The notes beneath the pieces were generated by a model. The model had not been told where the DNA came from. It saw only the letters and a program-made list of their open reading frames with translations, and did not search any database. Both the position numbers and the translations under genes were made by a program. Positions 12,348 to 23,092 of a stretch of DNA of 64,000 bases are shown one piece after another. The first letter of the stretch is position 1; each line of letters opens with the position of its first letter. This DNA comes from Mobula hypostoma (taxonomy: Eukaryota), in the NCBI RefSeq assembly GCF_963921235.1, contig NC_086097.1, positions 224,318,001 through 224,382,000 on the forward strand. Direction: 5' to 3'.

Positions 12348-14240
12348 CTATGTTCTCTCTCAGCTGTGCGCACACGCACACGTTTTTCAACCAGTGCACA
12401 AAGGAAATTAATGTGTGCACAAAAGGTTAGTTACCTAAAATAATATAGTAATTAATAATTACACTTACTGAAAATAATCTTTTAGCTAAATATTTCTGCA
12501 AACTAGTTAATCGTTTTTTTAAATACCACAATGCACGTCATTAATTTATATCATCTTACCTTTCCTGTTCAGGTTTGTACAGCTGCATCATGGCGGCAGC
12601 CATCTTTGGCGAACAGTGTTCATATCATAAAGTTTACAAAGATCTGTTTCAAATACTGTAGATTGCTTTCTAAGTTTTTATTGAAAAAATATTGATTCAC
12701 TATGTCGAATTCAAAAGAAGCAAAGGGCGTGAAGTGCAAAAGAACTGAAAATTTGTTTAAAGTTGAATGGCTTAACAAAATAGTAGAAACTGTTACACCG
12801 AAAGCTCATGAGGTCATGAACGTTCAGCTACGAGAAATATTCCTGTATGATTCAGAAACTGGATTTATCTGTTTGTATTGTCTTGGTGCGAAAGTTTCTG
12901 GAGAATTTGCTAGTGGAAAGAAGTGGGATGATATTTGGAAACTTGACTTTTTGAAGCGTCATTTGGCAATAAAATCTCATTTGGACGGTGTACAAAAGCT
13001 CAGGCAACAGAACCCGTTATTACCCGTTACAGGAGTGCTACGCATGTTACGATTGAGAGCAGATGAGCAAGAGCGAAAACGATCAAACCCAGAGGAGATC
13101 AAAGTTCTTATCGACAGTGTGTTGTTAGCTATTAAAATGAGTAACTCTTTACATTCAGTTCAACACATTAATGAACATATGGAAAAGTATGTTCAACTCC
13201 CAGACAGCTGGCAAAGGAAAAATTATGCATTTGAATTTCTGGAGACTATCAACTATATTGTTTAGAAAGACATGTTTGAAGAAATAGCATCAGCAGATTT
13301 TCACACGTTTGTAAAGTAGCTTTACAAGTTTTAAGTGATGATTTTGATGAACTGGCTGCACTGTGCAAGATTCTGCAAAGGAGTGGCCTGACACCAATTG
13401 ATTCACTTCATTTCGTGCGAGGCAAAATTAACAAGATAAGAAAGCAGTATCTGGGAGACAATGTTTTGTGGAGTGACAAAGTTAAGGTTTTGCTAAGCCA
13501 ACAACATGAAGAAAACGTCACAGTAGATACAAGTTCGCTGTTGACTTTTATAAATAGACTTTGCGTTCATTTAGAAGAAAGGTTTCTGAAGATCAGGTAC
13601 AAGAATGGCCAGCTTTTGATTTCTCCGCAATTTCAGATTGTGACTTCACATTTGGAGAATGAACAAGTTAATGCCTTATGTCTAAGGTATCATGATTTTC
13701 TAGCTGAAAATACTGTAATAGTCAGACAGTTTAATGATTCAAATTTTCCGTGCAAGAAAAAATTAAATCCAAACTGATTTCAAACTTTACTCAAATGTTG
13801 GCATTTGTACTTCAAAATGAACAGTTTTGTGACCTTGCACAGTTGATGGACATTGGGGTAACCTTTCTTGCGTCTAGTGCTGACTGTGAGCGAGGTTTTA
13901 GCCTAATGAATCAACTCAAAAACAAGCTGAGAAACCGTTTAGGTGAATGTCATTTGGATATGTTAATGAGAATCAAAAGCTATCAATTGGATGGAAGTTC
14001 TATTAGTCGAGATAAAGTTTGCAAAGAATGGGTAAATGCTGAAGACAGGAGAGAGAAAAAATAACTAAGTGACTTAAATATGTATGTTATTTTGTTGATA
14101 TCCTGTGCAGTTTTATGTCAAAAATTTTATAAACCTACATAAACTGTGTCAGTGCGCACATACTTTTGTTGCAGGAAACAAAATTTGCATAACGTAAGAT
14201 TTTTGCGCACACTGACTACTAAAAATTAGAGTGAACATTG
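12348..14240 (+). mobile_element. hAT DNA transposon (ZNF862-like transposase, internally deleted)
   Basis: 8-bp TSD GATGTAAG (12340-12347, 14241-14248); 13-bp TIRs CTATGTTCTCTCT / AGAGTGAACATTG (2 mismatches). Confidence 0.9.
12702..14064 (+). pseudogene. Disrupted hAT transposase (ORFs 12702-13265, 13415-13777, 13750-14064)
   Basis: N-terminal C..C/H..H zinc-finger-like region (CLYC..LKRH....SH); C-terminal hAT dimerisation motif SSADCERGFSLMNQLKNKLRNRL. Confidence 0.85.
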
Positions 14241-14399
14241 GATGTAAGCCAACGCTTTTATGCTGACCCGTTCGTATAAGGATCAGGTGCCCAAATCAAG
14301 GAGCCCAGTGGAACATGGGGAAAAGGAAATTAACTGAAACAAGGAGTCAACGGACCAGACCGTGACACATTCTTGTAAATTTCCTCTGTATGGTTGTCA

Positions 14400-15375
14400 C
14401 TATGGTAAGGAATATGAAGGACAGCGCCAACATAGAGTTTCATTATTAACTCTGTCAAGAATTCAGTTCATCATATCTCCTAAGGGTTGTGAAATATGGA
14501 GCATTTCCAAAACTAGCTTCACTTGTTGCTTGGCTAAAGTGCTAACTCCTGCCGTATCCTGATACTTGCCATTTAAAATTTCCTTCATCTTTTGCCATAG
14601 AGAATTTAACTGAGAGTTTATCTCCACAATATCTGGCGTATTTACCATGGAAAGTCCAGCAGCATTTCCCCATCCAATGAGTTTATTAAGCTCTCTTCTT
14701 CATGTCTTTCATGTTTTATGTTCTGAATGGGTAAACTGTTCGACTAATAAATTTTGGAAAAGCTCCTGGAGGCTTACTCCATGCTAACTAGGAATTCGGA
14801 GTGATGTCAAGTTGAACAATACTTGATCATGTCTATATCCTCGTACTAGAATAATGCATTCTTCTGTTTCTTCCAATACAAGTCCTATTCCCCTTGTAGC
14901 TGTCTGACCCTCATCACTTAAAGGACTAGTAACAGTTGGCACGAAAATGGTTGTGGTATCAGTTGTCACCTCTACCATGGAGCATATATAGGCATCTGTT
15001 AGTCTTGTGAGATCATGGATATGCACCTGGGAAGGTTTCCAGGCCTGGGCAAGGTTGTATGGAAGACTGGCAGTTGCCCATGCTGCAAGTCTCCCCTTTC
15101 CACACCACCGATGTTGTCCAAGGGAAGGGCACTAGGGCCGATACAGTTTGGCACCGGTGTCTTCGCAGAGCAATGTGTGGTTAAGTGCCTTGCTCAAGCA
15201 CTCAACACGTTGCCTTAGCTGAGTCTCGAACTAGCGACCTTCAGATCACTAGACCAACGCCTTAACCACTTGGCTACGTGCCAACACATAGAAGATCCTG
15301 AGGCTCCAGTACAAATGGGATTGACTTGCCTGAAGCACATGTTAACTGATGATCTTGTTTTTGATTTGTGACCAA
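14400..15375 (-). pseudogene. N-terminal and central part of the decayed env/F-like glycoprotein (cleavage site, fusion peptide, HR1), interrupted by the SINE at 14991-15282
   Basis: One frame links ORFs 14784-15026 and 14463-14648: GIGLVLEETEECIILVRGYRHDQVLFNLTSLRIPS*HGVSLQELFQNLLVEQFTHSEHKT*KT*RRELNKLIGWGNAAGLSMVNTPDIVEINSQLNSLWQKMKEIL..MMN*ILDRVNNETLCW. Confidence 0.7.
14991..15282 (-). mobile_element. tRNA-derived SINE with RTE-like tail
   Basis: Minus strand starts GGCACGTAGCCAAGTGGTTAAGG (box A), GTTCGAG (box B), then TTGAGCAAGGCACTT conserved core. Confidence 0.8.
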
Positions 15376-15745
15376 AAGGACCATAAGACCATGAGATATA
15401 AGAGCATAATTAGGCCATTTGGCCCCTTGAGTCTGCTCTGCTATTTCATCATGGATGAGCCAATTTTCCTCTCAGCCCCAATCTCCTACTTTGCCCCCCT
15501 ATCCCTTCATGCCCTGACCAATCAGGAATACACCAACCTCTGCCTTAAATATACATAAAGAATTAGCCTCCACAGCTGCCTGTGACAATGAATTCCACAG
15601 ATTCATCACTCTCTGGCTAAAGAAATTCCTCCTTATTTCCATTCCAAAAGGACGCCCCTCTATTCTGGGGTTGTACCAGAGGCTGTGTTGCAGCCTTGAC
15701 AGTGTAATTAAGCCCTCAACCAGTGGGGATTCTCCTCTCTTGATG
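15375..15745 (-). mobile_element. CR1 3' end joined to a ~65-bp segment also present at 7107-7175
   Basis: CR1 tail (..CTTATGGTC) and the shared junction ACAGCCTCTGGTA(C/T)AACC. Confidence 0.65.
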
Positions 15746-15929
15746 CTGGGGGCTTATGGGAGTTAATTGAATTTTTTTTTTGGTCATTGCAGTCAGCGTC
15801 ATAGCCTACCACTCAGCAGCCTTTTACTGCAAGCTTCATGCATTGGTATTCTGCTGTAAATGAAGCTGAATAGCTCTATATTTACTTCGACAAAGAAAAG
15901 GTTGTTAGTAATTCATTGTCGTTGAGCAG

Positions 15930-16150
15930 CAGCATGGCGCAGATGGTAGAACCCAGCACCAGCAGCCCGTGTTCAATCTTGATTTCCAGTGCTGCTGGTA
16001 TGGAATTTGCATGTTCCCCTAGATACTCCCGGTTTCCTACCATGTTGCTGGTGGATGAGTTCATTGCTCCCACTGTGCAAGTGAATGTTAGGTTCTGGGG
16101 AGAGCTGATGTGGGAAGAATAGATTACAGGGAAAATTAATGGGGAATGTT
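15930..16150 (+). mobile_element. V-SINE (HE1-like), degenerate
   Basis: tRNA-like head GCATGGCGCAGATGGTAGA..GTTCAATC; TGGAATTTGCATGTTC..TACTCCCGGTTTCCT core. Confidence 0.6.
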
Positions 16151-16329
16151 GACTAACTTTTATAATACTTCTCCTGTGATGATTGGCTTTCAAGAATAAT
16201 TCCCTTTTTGCTTGATGCTGACTAAGCCAGGCATTACATTTTGAGTCGGTGGTATTGTTTTGGGTGCAGATTTCGAAATTCCATATGCATTTGTTTCCCT
16301 TAGTGTTTCCTTTGAGTGTTTACCATGTA

Positions 16330-16695
16330 CAGTACTGTGCAAAAGTCATAGGCACATGTAAACACTTTCTATACAGAGAAGCTGCTTTAAAAAATAATCA
16401 AAAGTTTCTAAATAGCAAAAAAATTGCTACAAAGAACAGTAAACAGTAAAAAATTAATTAAATCAATACTTGGAGTGACCACCCTTTGCCTTTAAAGCTG
16501 CATCAATTCAGTTAGGTACGATGTTGTGCAGTTTTATATAAAATATCGGCTGGTAGGTTATCCCAAGCATCTTGGAGAACTTGCCATAGTTCTGCAGACT
16601 TTGGCTGTCTTGCTTGCTTTTGTCTCTCCAAGTAATCCCTGACAGCCTCAATAATGTTGAGATAAGGGCTCTGTAGAGGCCATACCATGTGAAAC
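16330..16695 (-). mobile_element. Tc1 transposon 3' fragment
   Basis: WPLQSPYLNIIEAV (WPPQSPDLNxIE-like motif); TIR CAGTACTGTGCAAAAGTC preceded by TA. Confidence 0.75.
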
Positions 16696-17585
16696 CATAT
16701 AAAAAAATCTAGAATTTTTACACAATACAGGAAATCAACTATGATCAAATGGCGGTACAGACTTGATGGGCCGAATAGCCGAATCTTGCTCCTATATTTT
16801 AAGATCATATGGTTTTATAGAGCTGATTTGAAGAAATACCATCTACTGCTTGTCAGCCCATTTACTTGAATTTAGTTGGACTGCAGTTATTTGAATTCTG
16901 GGAGTCAATTCCCACTCAACTGTTTGAAGCCCTTATCTCTGGTGTGCCTGCTTCACTGATGTGGCAAGGTACCAGCAGCAACGTTGAGAGAAAAATCTGT
17001 GTCTTGATCAAAATATCAGCTTCTATTAGTATGGGCATGACAATTAAAGAGTTGTCTGTACTAACTTGTCCGTCAGTCACCAAATGTTGCTGTGTGAGTG
17101 ACCAAACTGAGCCATGTGGATGCTGTGACTGGGGAGTATAAAAGCCTTTATTCACACAGCCAGTCTACTGGAGAGAATCTAGTTCTCTTTGCACAACATT
17201 TTATGCTCTGCCTGGGATGGCAAGGAACTGCAGAGGTTTGTGGACACAGTTCAGCACGTCACTGAAACCAGACTCCGCCCAATGAACTCTGTCTACGCTT
17301 CTTGCTGAATCAGAATCAGGTTTATTGTGACGTGAAATTTGTTAACTTAGCAGCAGCAGTACAATGCAAAATACATAACCTAGCAGAGAGAAAAAAAATA
17401 ACGTAAATCAATCACGTATATTGAATAGATTAAAAAACAGAAATACTGTATATTAAGAAAGTGAGGTAGTGTCCAAAGATTCTATGTCTATTTAGGAATC
17501 AGACGGCAGAGGGGAAGAAGCTGTTCCTGATTCGCTGAGTGTGTGCCTTCAGGCTTCTGTACCTCCTACCTGATGGTAACAGTGA

Positions 17586-17814
17586 TGAAGCACCTTCAAT
17601 TACTCCAAAAGACTGAGGTTTGGTAAAATACTGAAAGGCTTTTATTCGCTGTACAATACGACCTCCACAGTGAGTGTCTGCCCCCGGACTGAGGGGGAGG
17701 GGCAAGGCGAACACCTTTATACAGGATTCTGTGGGAGGAGCCACAGGGGCAGTCAGCAGAGGGGTGTGTCCAGACAGGTAACCGAGTTACAACATATATA
17801 CATGGTTTACCACA
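17586..17814 (-). repeat. 3' LTR
   Basis: 229 bp, TATAAA and AATAAA on the minus strand; direct repeat of 21754-21971. Confidence 0.95.
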
Positions 17815-17997
17815 TTCACCCCTCCTTTTTTTAAAAAGAGTCCCACGGGGTGAAGTGACTGACAATATTTACAAGAAGTATATTTACAGGTTAAGTCTAT
17901 CAGGCGGTCGAGTCCGTCGCTGTGATCTACGTAGCACCGGCGATGGCGGTTGTGCTGGCTCCGGCCTGACTTCAGGTGCCAGCACGTTAGGCATCGG

Positions 17998-20208
17998 TCA
18001 TCCCTCGTGCGTGTGCGTCGCGCCCGGTATGGGAGTGTCGTGTGGTGTCTGTATAGGGTTTGGGGTGCACGGTGTCTCGTAGGTACATACATTGGTGGGT
18101 ACGGGGTCAATAGTCACCACGGAGTGTTCAGGGTAGGGGCCCTGAGCTCCTGCGGGCGCCAGGTCGCGGATGGAGACCGTGTCCTCCCGCCCATCAGGTA
18201 AAACCACGTAGGCATACTGGGGGTTCGCATGAAGTAAGTGAACCCTCTCGACTATCGGGGAGTATTTATTGCTCCTTGCATGTTTCCGGAGCAGCACTGG
18301 CCCCGGGGACGTCAGCCAAGATGGTAGGGTGGTCCCAGTGGTCGATTTTCTGGGAAAAGAAAAGAGCCGCTCATGAAGGGTGGCATTGGTGGCTGTGCAT
18401 AACAGGGAGCGGATGGAGTGGAGTGCCTCGGGAAGGACCTCCTGCCAGCGGGAGACCGGCAGTCCCTTTAACTTGAGGGCTAAGAGTGTGGCTTTCCACA
18501 CCGTGCCATTCTCCTTCTCTACCTGTCCATTCCCCCGGGGATTATAACTAGTGGTCCTACTGGTTGCAATTCCCGTAGCCAGCAGGTATTGGCGCAGCTC
18601 GTCACTCATAAACGTGGACCCTCTGTCACTGTGGATATAGCATGGGTATCTGAACAGAGTGAAGAGCTTGCGCAGGGTTTTTATAACTGACGTGGTAGTG
18701 GTGTCGGGGCAGGGGATGGCGAAGGGGAACCGCAAGTACTCGTCAATTACATTAAGAAAGTACACATTGCGGTCGGTGGAGGGAAGGGGGCCCTTAAAGT
18801 CAACACTCAGTCGCTCAAAGGGGCGGGTGGCCTTGATGACTGGTGCCTTTTCGAGTCGGTAGAAGTGCGGTTTGCACTCTGCGCAGACTTGGCAGTCCCT
18901 GGTCATCATCCTGATCTCCTCAAGGGAGTAAGGCAGGTTCCGGGCTTTCACGAAGTGGAAAAGCCGGGTGACTCCCGGATGGCAAAGGTCTACATGTAGG
19001 GTGTATAGCCGGTCGATCTGCGCGCTGGCGCATGTTCCCCGGGATAGGGCATCGGAGGGCTCATTGAGCTTCCCAGGCCTGTACATGATGTCATAGTTGT
19101 AGGTGGAGAGTTCGATTCTCCACCTCAGAATGTTATCATTTTTGATTTTGCTCCGCTGCTGATTATTAAACATGAATGCGACTGAGCGCTGGTCAGTTAG
19201 CAGGGTGAACCTTTTGCCAGTGAGATAGTGCCTCCAGTGCCTTATAGCTTCCACTATGGCCTGGGCCTCTTTCTCTACCGCAGAGTGCCGATTTTCAGGG
19301 CCTTGAAGGGTATGGGAGAAGAACGCCACTGGTCTTCCTGCCTGGTTGAGGGTAGCAGCCAGCGCAAAGTCGGAGGCGTCACTCTCTACTTGGAAGGGAA
19401 TGGCCTCATCCACTGCATGCATTGCTGCTTTGGCAATGTCCCCTTTTATGCGGTTGAAGGCCGCGTGGGCCTCAGCAGAGAGGGGGAATGTGGTGGACTT
19501 GACCAGGGGGCGGGCCTTGTCTGCACAGTTAGAGACCCATTGGGCGTAATATGAAAAGAAGCCCAGGCACCTTTTGAGGGCTCTGAGGGTATTGGGAAGA
19601 GGGAGTTCCAACAAGGGGCACATATGGTCGGGATCAGGGCCAATGACTCCATTCTCCACGACACACCCAAGGATAGCAAGTCGGGTGGTCCCAAATACAC
19701 ACTTGTCCTTGTTATAGGTGAGGTTGAAAGATTTGGCCGCTTGGAGAAATTTTTGGAGGTTGTTGTCGTGATCCTGCTGGTCGTGACCGCAGATGGTGAT
19801 GTTATCCAGATATGGGAATGTGGCCTTCAGTTGGCACTGGTCCACCATCCGGTCCATTGCCCTCTGGAAGACAGATACACCATTCGTGACACTGAAGGGG
19901 ACGCGCAGGAATTGATAAAGCCTGCTGTCCGCCTCAAAGGCAGTGTAAGGGCGGTCCTCCCGGCGGATGGGGAGCTGATGGTAAGCGGATTTTAGGTCTA
20001 TGGTCGAGTACACCTTGTACTGTGCTATCTGATTGACCATATCCGCGATGCGGGGTAGAGGGTACGCGTCGAGCTGCGTGAACCTATTGATGGTCTGGCT
20101 ATAGTCCACAACCATCCTATTCTTCGCCCTGTTCCGAACAACCACCACCTGCGCCCTCCAAGGACTTGTGCTTGTCTCAATGACCCCCTCCCTGAGCAGC
20201 CGCTGCAC
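17998..20208 (-). CDS. Gypsy pol: RT, RNase H, integrase (736 aa open)
   Basis: SPWRAQVVVV, VDYSQTIN, IDLKSAYHQ, YLDN, ESDASD, HHCC (H..CH..CQVC), D-D-E (VDFKGP, HSDRG, GQVEKEN). Confidence 0.92.
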   Translation of the reverse strand: MQRLLREGVIETSTSPWRAQVVVVRNRAKNRMVVDYSQTINRFTQLDAYPLPRIADMVNQIAQYKVYSTIDLKSAYHQLPIRREDRPYTAFEADSRLYQFLRVPFSVTNGVSVFQRAMDRMVDQCQLKATFPYLDNITICGHDQQDHDNNLQKFLQAAKSFNLTYNKDKCVFGTTRLAILGCVVENGVIGPDPDHMCPLLELPLPNTLRALKRCLGFFSYYAQWVSNCADKARPLVKSTTFPLSAEAHAAFNRIKGDIAKAAMHAVDEAIPFQVESDASDFALAATLNQAGRPVAFFSHTLQGPENRHSAVEKEAQAIVEAIRHWRHYLTGKRFTLLTDQRSVAFMFNNQQRSKIKNDNILRWRIELSTYNYDIMYRPGKLNEPSDALSRGTCASAQIDRLYTLHVDLCHPGVTRLFHFVKARNLPYSLEEIRMMTRDCQVCAECKPHFYRLEKAPVIKATRPFERLSVDFKGPLPSTDRNVYFLNVIDEYLRFPFAIPCPDTTTTSVIKTLRKLFTLFRYPCYIHSDRGSTFMSDELRQYLLATGIATSRTTSYNPRGNGQVEKENGTVWKATLLALKLKGLPVSRWQEVLPEALHSIRSLLCTATNATLHERLFSFPRKSTTGTTLPSWLTSPGPVLLRKHARSNKYSPIVERVHLLHANPQYAYVVLPDGREDTVSIRDLAPAGAQGPYPEHSVVTIDPVPTNVCTYETPCTPNPIQTPHDTPIPGATHTHEG

Positions 20209-20263
20209 CTCCGACTTAATGAAAGCTCTGTCCCCAGGTTTGCCACAGGTTTACACTCGGGGG

Positions 20264-21727
20264 TCAGGTTGGCGAACAGCGGTGGGGGAGGGATCCTGAG
20301 GGTGGAGAGGCCGCAAGTGGTGTTGGTAGTGTGGCAGTTGGCATGATGTTGGGTGGGATGTGCGGGTCGGTGTGTGTGTGTGTGGTCAGTAGCGGGGTAC
20401 GTGACATATCGCTACAAAACAGGGGATTTATGACAGTAATTGGTGGGAGGGGCCAATCATACTTCATTGTCACACTTTTCAGGTGTCTCTGGAAGTCCAA
20501 CCCCAACAGCACAGGGGCACACAGTTGAGGCAAGACCAGTAACGTAAAGTCCCGATATTCTGTGCCCTGCACCACTAGTGTCGCTACACAACCCCCCCGG
20601 ATGTCTGTTATATGCGACCTGGAGGCCATGGTGACCCTCTGACTTACCGGCCGTATCATGAGTCCACAATGCTGCACCGTGGCCGGGTGGATAAAACTCT
20701 CCGTGCTGCCTGTGTCAAACAGGCAGCTTGTCCTGTGCCCCTCCACCAGGATGTCCACCATTGACCTTGCGAGCTGGTGGGGAGCGCTTTGGTCGAGGGT
20801 TACGGAAGCCAGGGTGGGGTCGCTGTCTTGGTCCGGCATGGTGGGGTGCCCCGTGAGCACCCGTTGGTCGTAGGCGGTAGGAGGTGGCGCCGACCAAGAT
20901 GGCCGCCCCCCTGTCTCGCACGTGTTGGTGGCGTGCAGGCAATATGGCGACCCCCACGTCTGCACGTGGCGCTGCTCGATCCCGCTCGCGGTTTGGACTT
21001 ACAGACCTTGGCGAAGTGGCCCTTGTTTCCGCAGCTGGAGCAGGTAGCTGGTCGGGCCGGGCAGCGTTTCCGGGGGTGCTTCTCCAGTCCGCAGAAGTAG
21101 CACTTCGCGAACTCACGACTGGCGGCAGCCGAGGTCAATTCGCTGGCAAGTTGCGGGGTCTGCGGCACCCACGAGGCCATCGGGGGATCGTGTGCCTGGA
21201 GAGCCTCGGAGTTATGCAGAGCGGCCTCCAATGTATCAGCCAGTTCCGTCGCCGAACTTAGGGTAAGATCGGCTTTTTCCAGCAGCCGCTGGCGCACGTA
21301 CACTGACCTGGTCCCCGTAACGAAGGCGTCCCTCACTAGGAGTTCTGCATGCTGCGCCGCCGTCAGCTCCTGGCAATTGCAGGCTCGCACGAGTGTCTGT
21401 AGGGCCTGGACAAACTCAGCACTCGATTCCCCGGGGCATTGTTGCCGTGTCGCTTAAACGGTGCCGAGCATAGACGCTGTTTATCGGCCGCAGGTATTGT
21501 CTTTTGAGTGCGTTCATCACGCCATCGTAGTTCGGCTGGTCTCTGATCAGCGAATAAACCCGTGGACTGACCCTGGGGAGTAGAACTCTGCGTTTCGCTA
21601 CGGGGTCGGTCGCTTTAATCTCCTCTAGATACGCTTCGAAACAGGCCAGCCAGAGTTCGAAAGCATTTCCAGCTTCAGGTGTTTGTGGATTGAGGTCTAA
21701 TTTTTCTGGTCTCAGGGGCTGTTCCAT
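20264..21727 (-). pseudogene. Gypsy gag + protease, frameshifted
   Basis: ATG at 21727; zinc knuckles CYFCGLEKHPRKRC and CSSCGNKGHFAKVC; protease LFDTGSTESFI..LLGLDF. Confidence 0.88.
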
Positions 21728-21753
21728 GTTTTAAAACGTACAGCGAATAAAAT

Positions 21754-21971
21754 TGAAGCACCTTCAATTACTCCAAAAGACAGGTTTGGCAAAATACTGA
21801 AAGGCTTTTATTTGCTGTACAATACGACCTCCACAGTGAGTGTCTGCCCCCGGACTGAGGGGGAGGGGCAAGGCGAACACATTTATACAGGATCTGTGGG
21901 AGGAGCCACAGGGGCAGTCAGCAGAGGGGTGTGTCCAGACAGGTTACAACATATATACATAGTTTACCACA
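21754..21971 (-). repeat. 5' LTR
   Basis: 218 bp; followed by ATTTTATTCGCTGTAC instead of a TGG tRNA PBS. Confidence 0.95.
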
Positions 21972-22049
21972 AGTGAGAAAAGGGCATGCCCTGGGTGATG
22001 GGAGTCCTTAATAATGGTCACTGCCTTTCTGAGGCATTGCTCTTTGAGG

Positions 22050-22535
22050 ATACTTTATACTTTATACTTTATTGTCGCCAAACAATTGATACTAGGACGT
22101 ACTATCATCACAGCGATATTTGATTTTGCACTTCCCACTCCCTGGATTACAAATATTAAATATTAAAAATAGTAAAAATTAGTAAATATTAAAAATTTAA
22201 ATGATAAATCATAAATAGAAAATAGAAACATGGAAAGTAAGGTAGTGCAAAAAAACCGAGGGGCAGGTCCGGATATTTGGAGGACACGGCCCAGATCCGG
22301 GGCAGGATCCATTCAGCAGTCTTATCACAGTTGTAAAGAAGCTGTTCCCAAATCTGGCCGTACGAGTCTTCAAGCTTCTGAGCCTTCTCCCGGAGGGAAG
22401 AGGGACGAAAAGTGTGTTAGGTGGGTAGGTCGTGTCCTTGATTATCCTGGCAGCACTGCTCCAACAGCGTGCGGTGTAAAGTGAGTCCAAGGACAAAAGA
22501 TTGGTTTGTGTGATGTGCTGCGCCGTGTTCACGAT
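22050..22535 (-). mobile_element. Rex/Babar LINE 3' end (another subfamily) inserted into the duplicated segment
   Basis: AARIIKDTTYPPNTLFVPLPSGRRLRSLKTRT; (AAAGTAT)n tail. Confidence 0.8.
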
Positions 22536-22539
22536 CTTT

Positions 22540-23092
22540 TTGGGTAGTATGACGGATAAGAAGATAAGAAAATAGGAGCGCGTTTCGGCTACTCAACATT
22601 TCAAGTTTTGTATAGTTTTGGCTGATCTGCCCCAATTCTTATATGTACCTCTGTACAAATTCCCCAATGACACCAATTCCCAATTCTTTCAAACATCTAA
22701 ATATCCTTAATGATTGACACTCAGTGGCCAACTTTATTAAGTATAACTGTACACCTGCTCATTATTGCAAATATCTAATCAGCCAATCGTCTGGTAGTAA
22801 CTCAATGCATAAAAGTATGCAGACATTGTACTGTGTGGATCTATTTCTTTTAGAGCAATGACCTCCCCACTCCCCCCCCCCTTAGCACTAGGTATTGATC
22901 TGTTGTCTGCGCAAATGCATTGTTCTCTCTCTCTCTCTCTCACTGCAAAGTGAATACACCAGTTGAAGCCATCTCCCGTGTGCGTGCTTTTATTTAAAAT
23001 ATATGTATTATGCACAGATGCAACAAACACAATCAAAAGGTTCAGACCAAGCATCAGAATGGGGAAGAAATGTGATCGAAGTGACTGACTAT
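22540..23092 (+). repeat. Near-identical copy of ~5242-5795
   Basis: Colinear match that includes the Tc1 fragment and its internal insert. Confidence 0.9.

Larger units (their letters stand above)
11565..14367. mobile_element. LTR-like element (~0.9 kb without its hAT insert), probably a solo LTR
   Basis: TGTTAC...GTGACA termini; perfect 5-bp TSD CATTC (11560-11564, 14368-14372); internal GACTTG-type tandem repeats. Confidence 0.8.
17586..21971 (-). mobile_element. Full-length Ty3/Gypsy LTR retrotransposon (Mag-like)
   Basis: LTRs 21754-21971 (5') and 17586-17814 (3'), TG..CA, differing by 4 substitutions and 3 indels; 5-bp TSD AGTGA (17581-17585, 21972-21976); PPT at ~17815-17836. Confidence 0.95.

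Noticed and set aside
12702..14064. Possible domesticated ZNF862-like gene
   Set aside because: Retains TIRs and an 8-bp TSD, and has stops, frameshifts and a deleted catalytic core, so it is a dead transposon
15200..15282. tRNA-like sequence (also at 42420-42495 and 59000-59070)
   Set aside because: These are SINE heads followed by SINE body and TSDs, not stand-alone tRNA genes
18276..21261. Numerous plus-strand ORFs over the Gypsy element
   Set aside because: Antisense shadows of GC-rich gag-pol with no independent motifs; the same applies to 61227-63777
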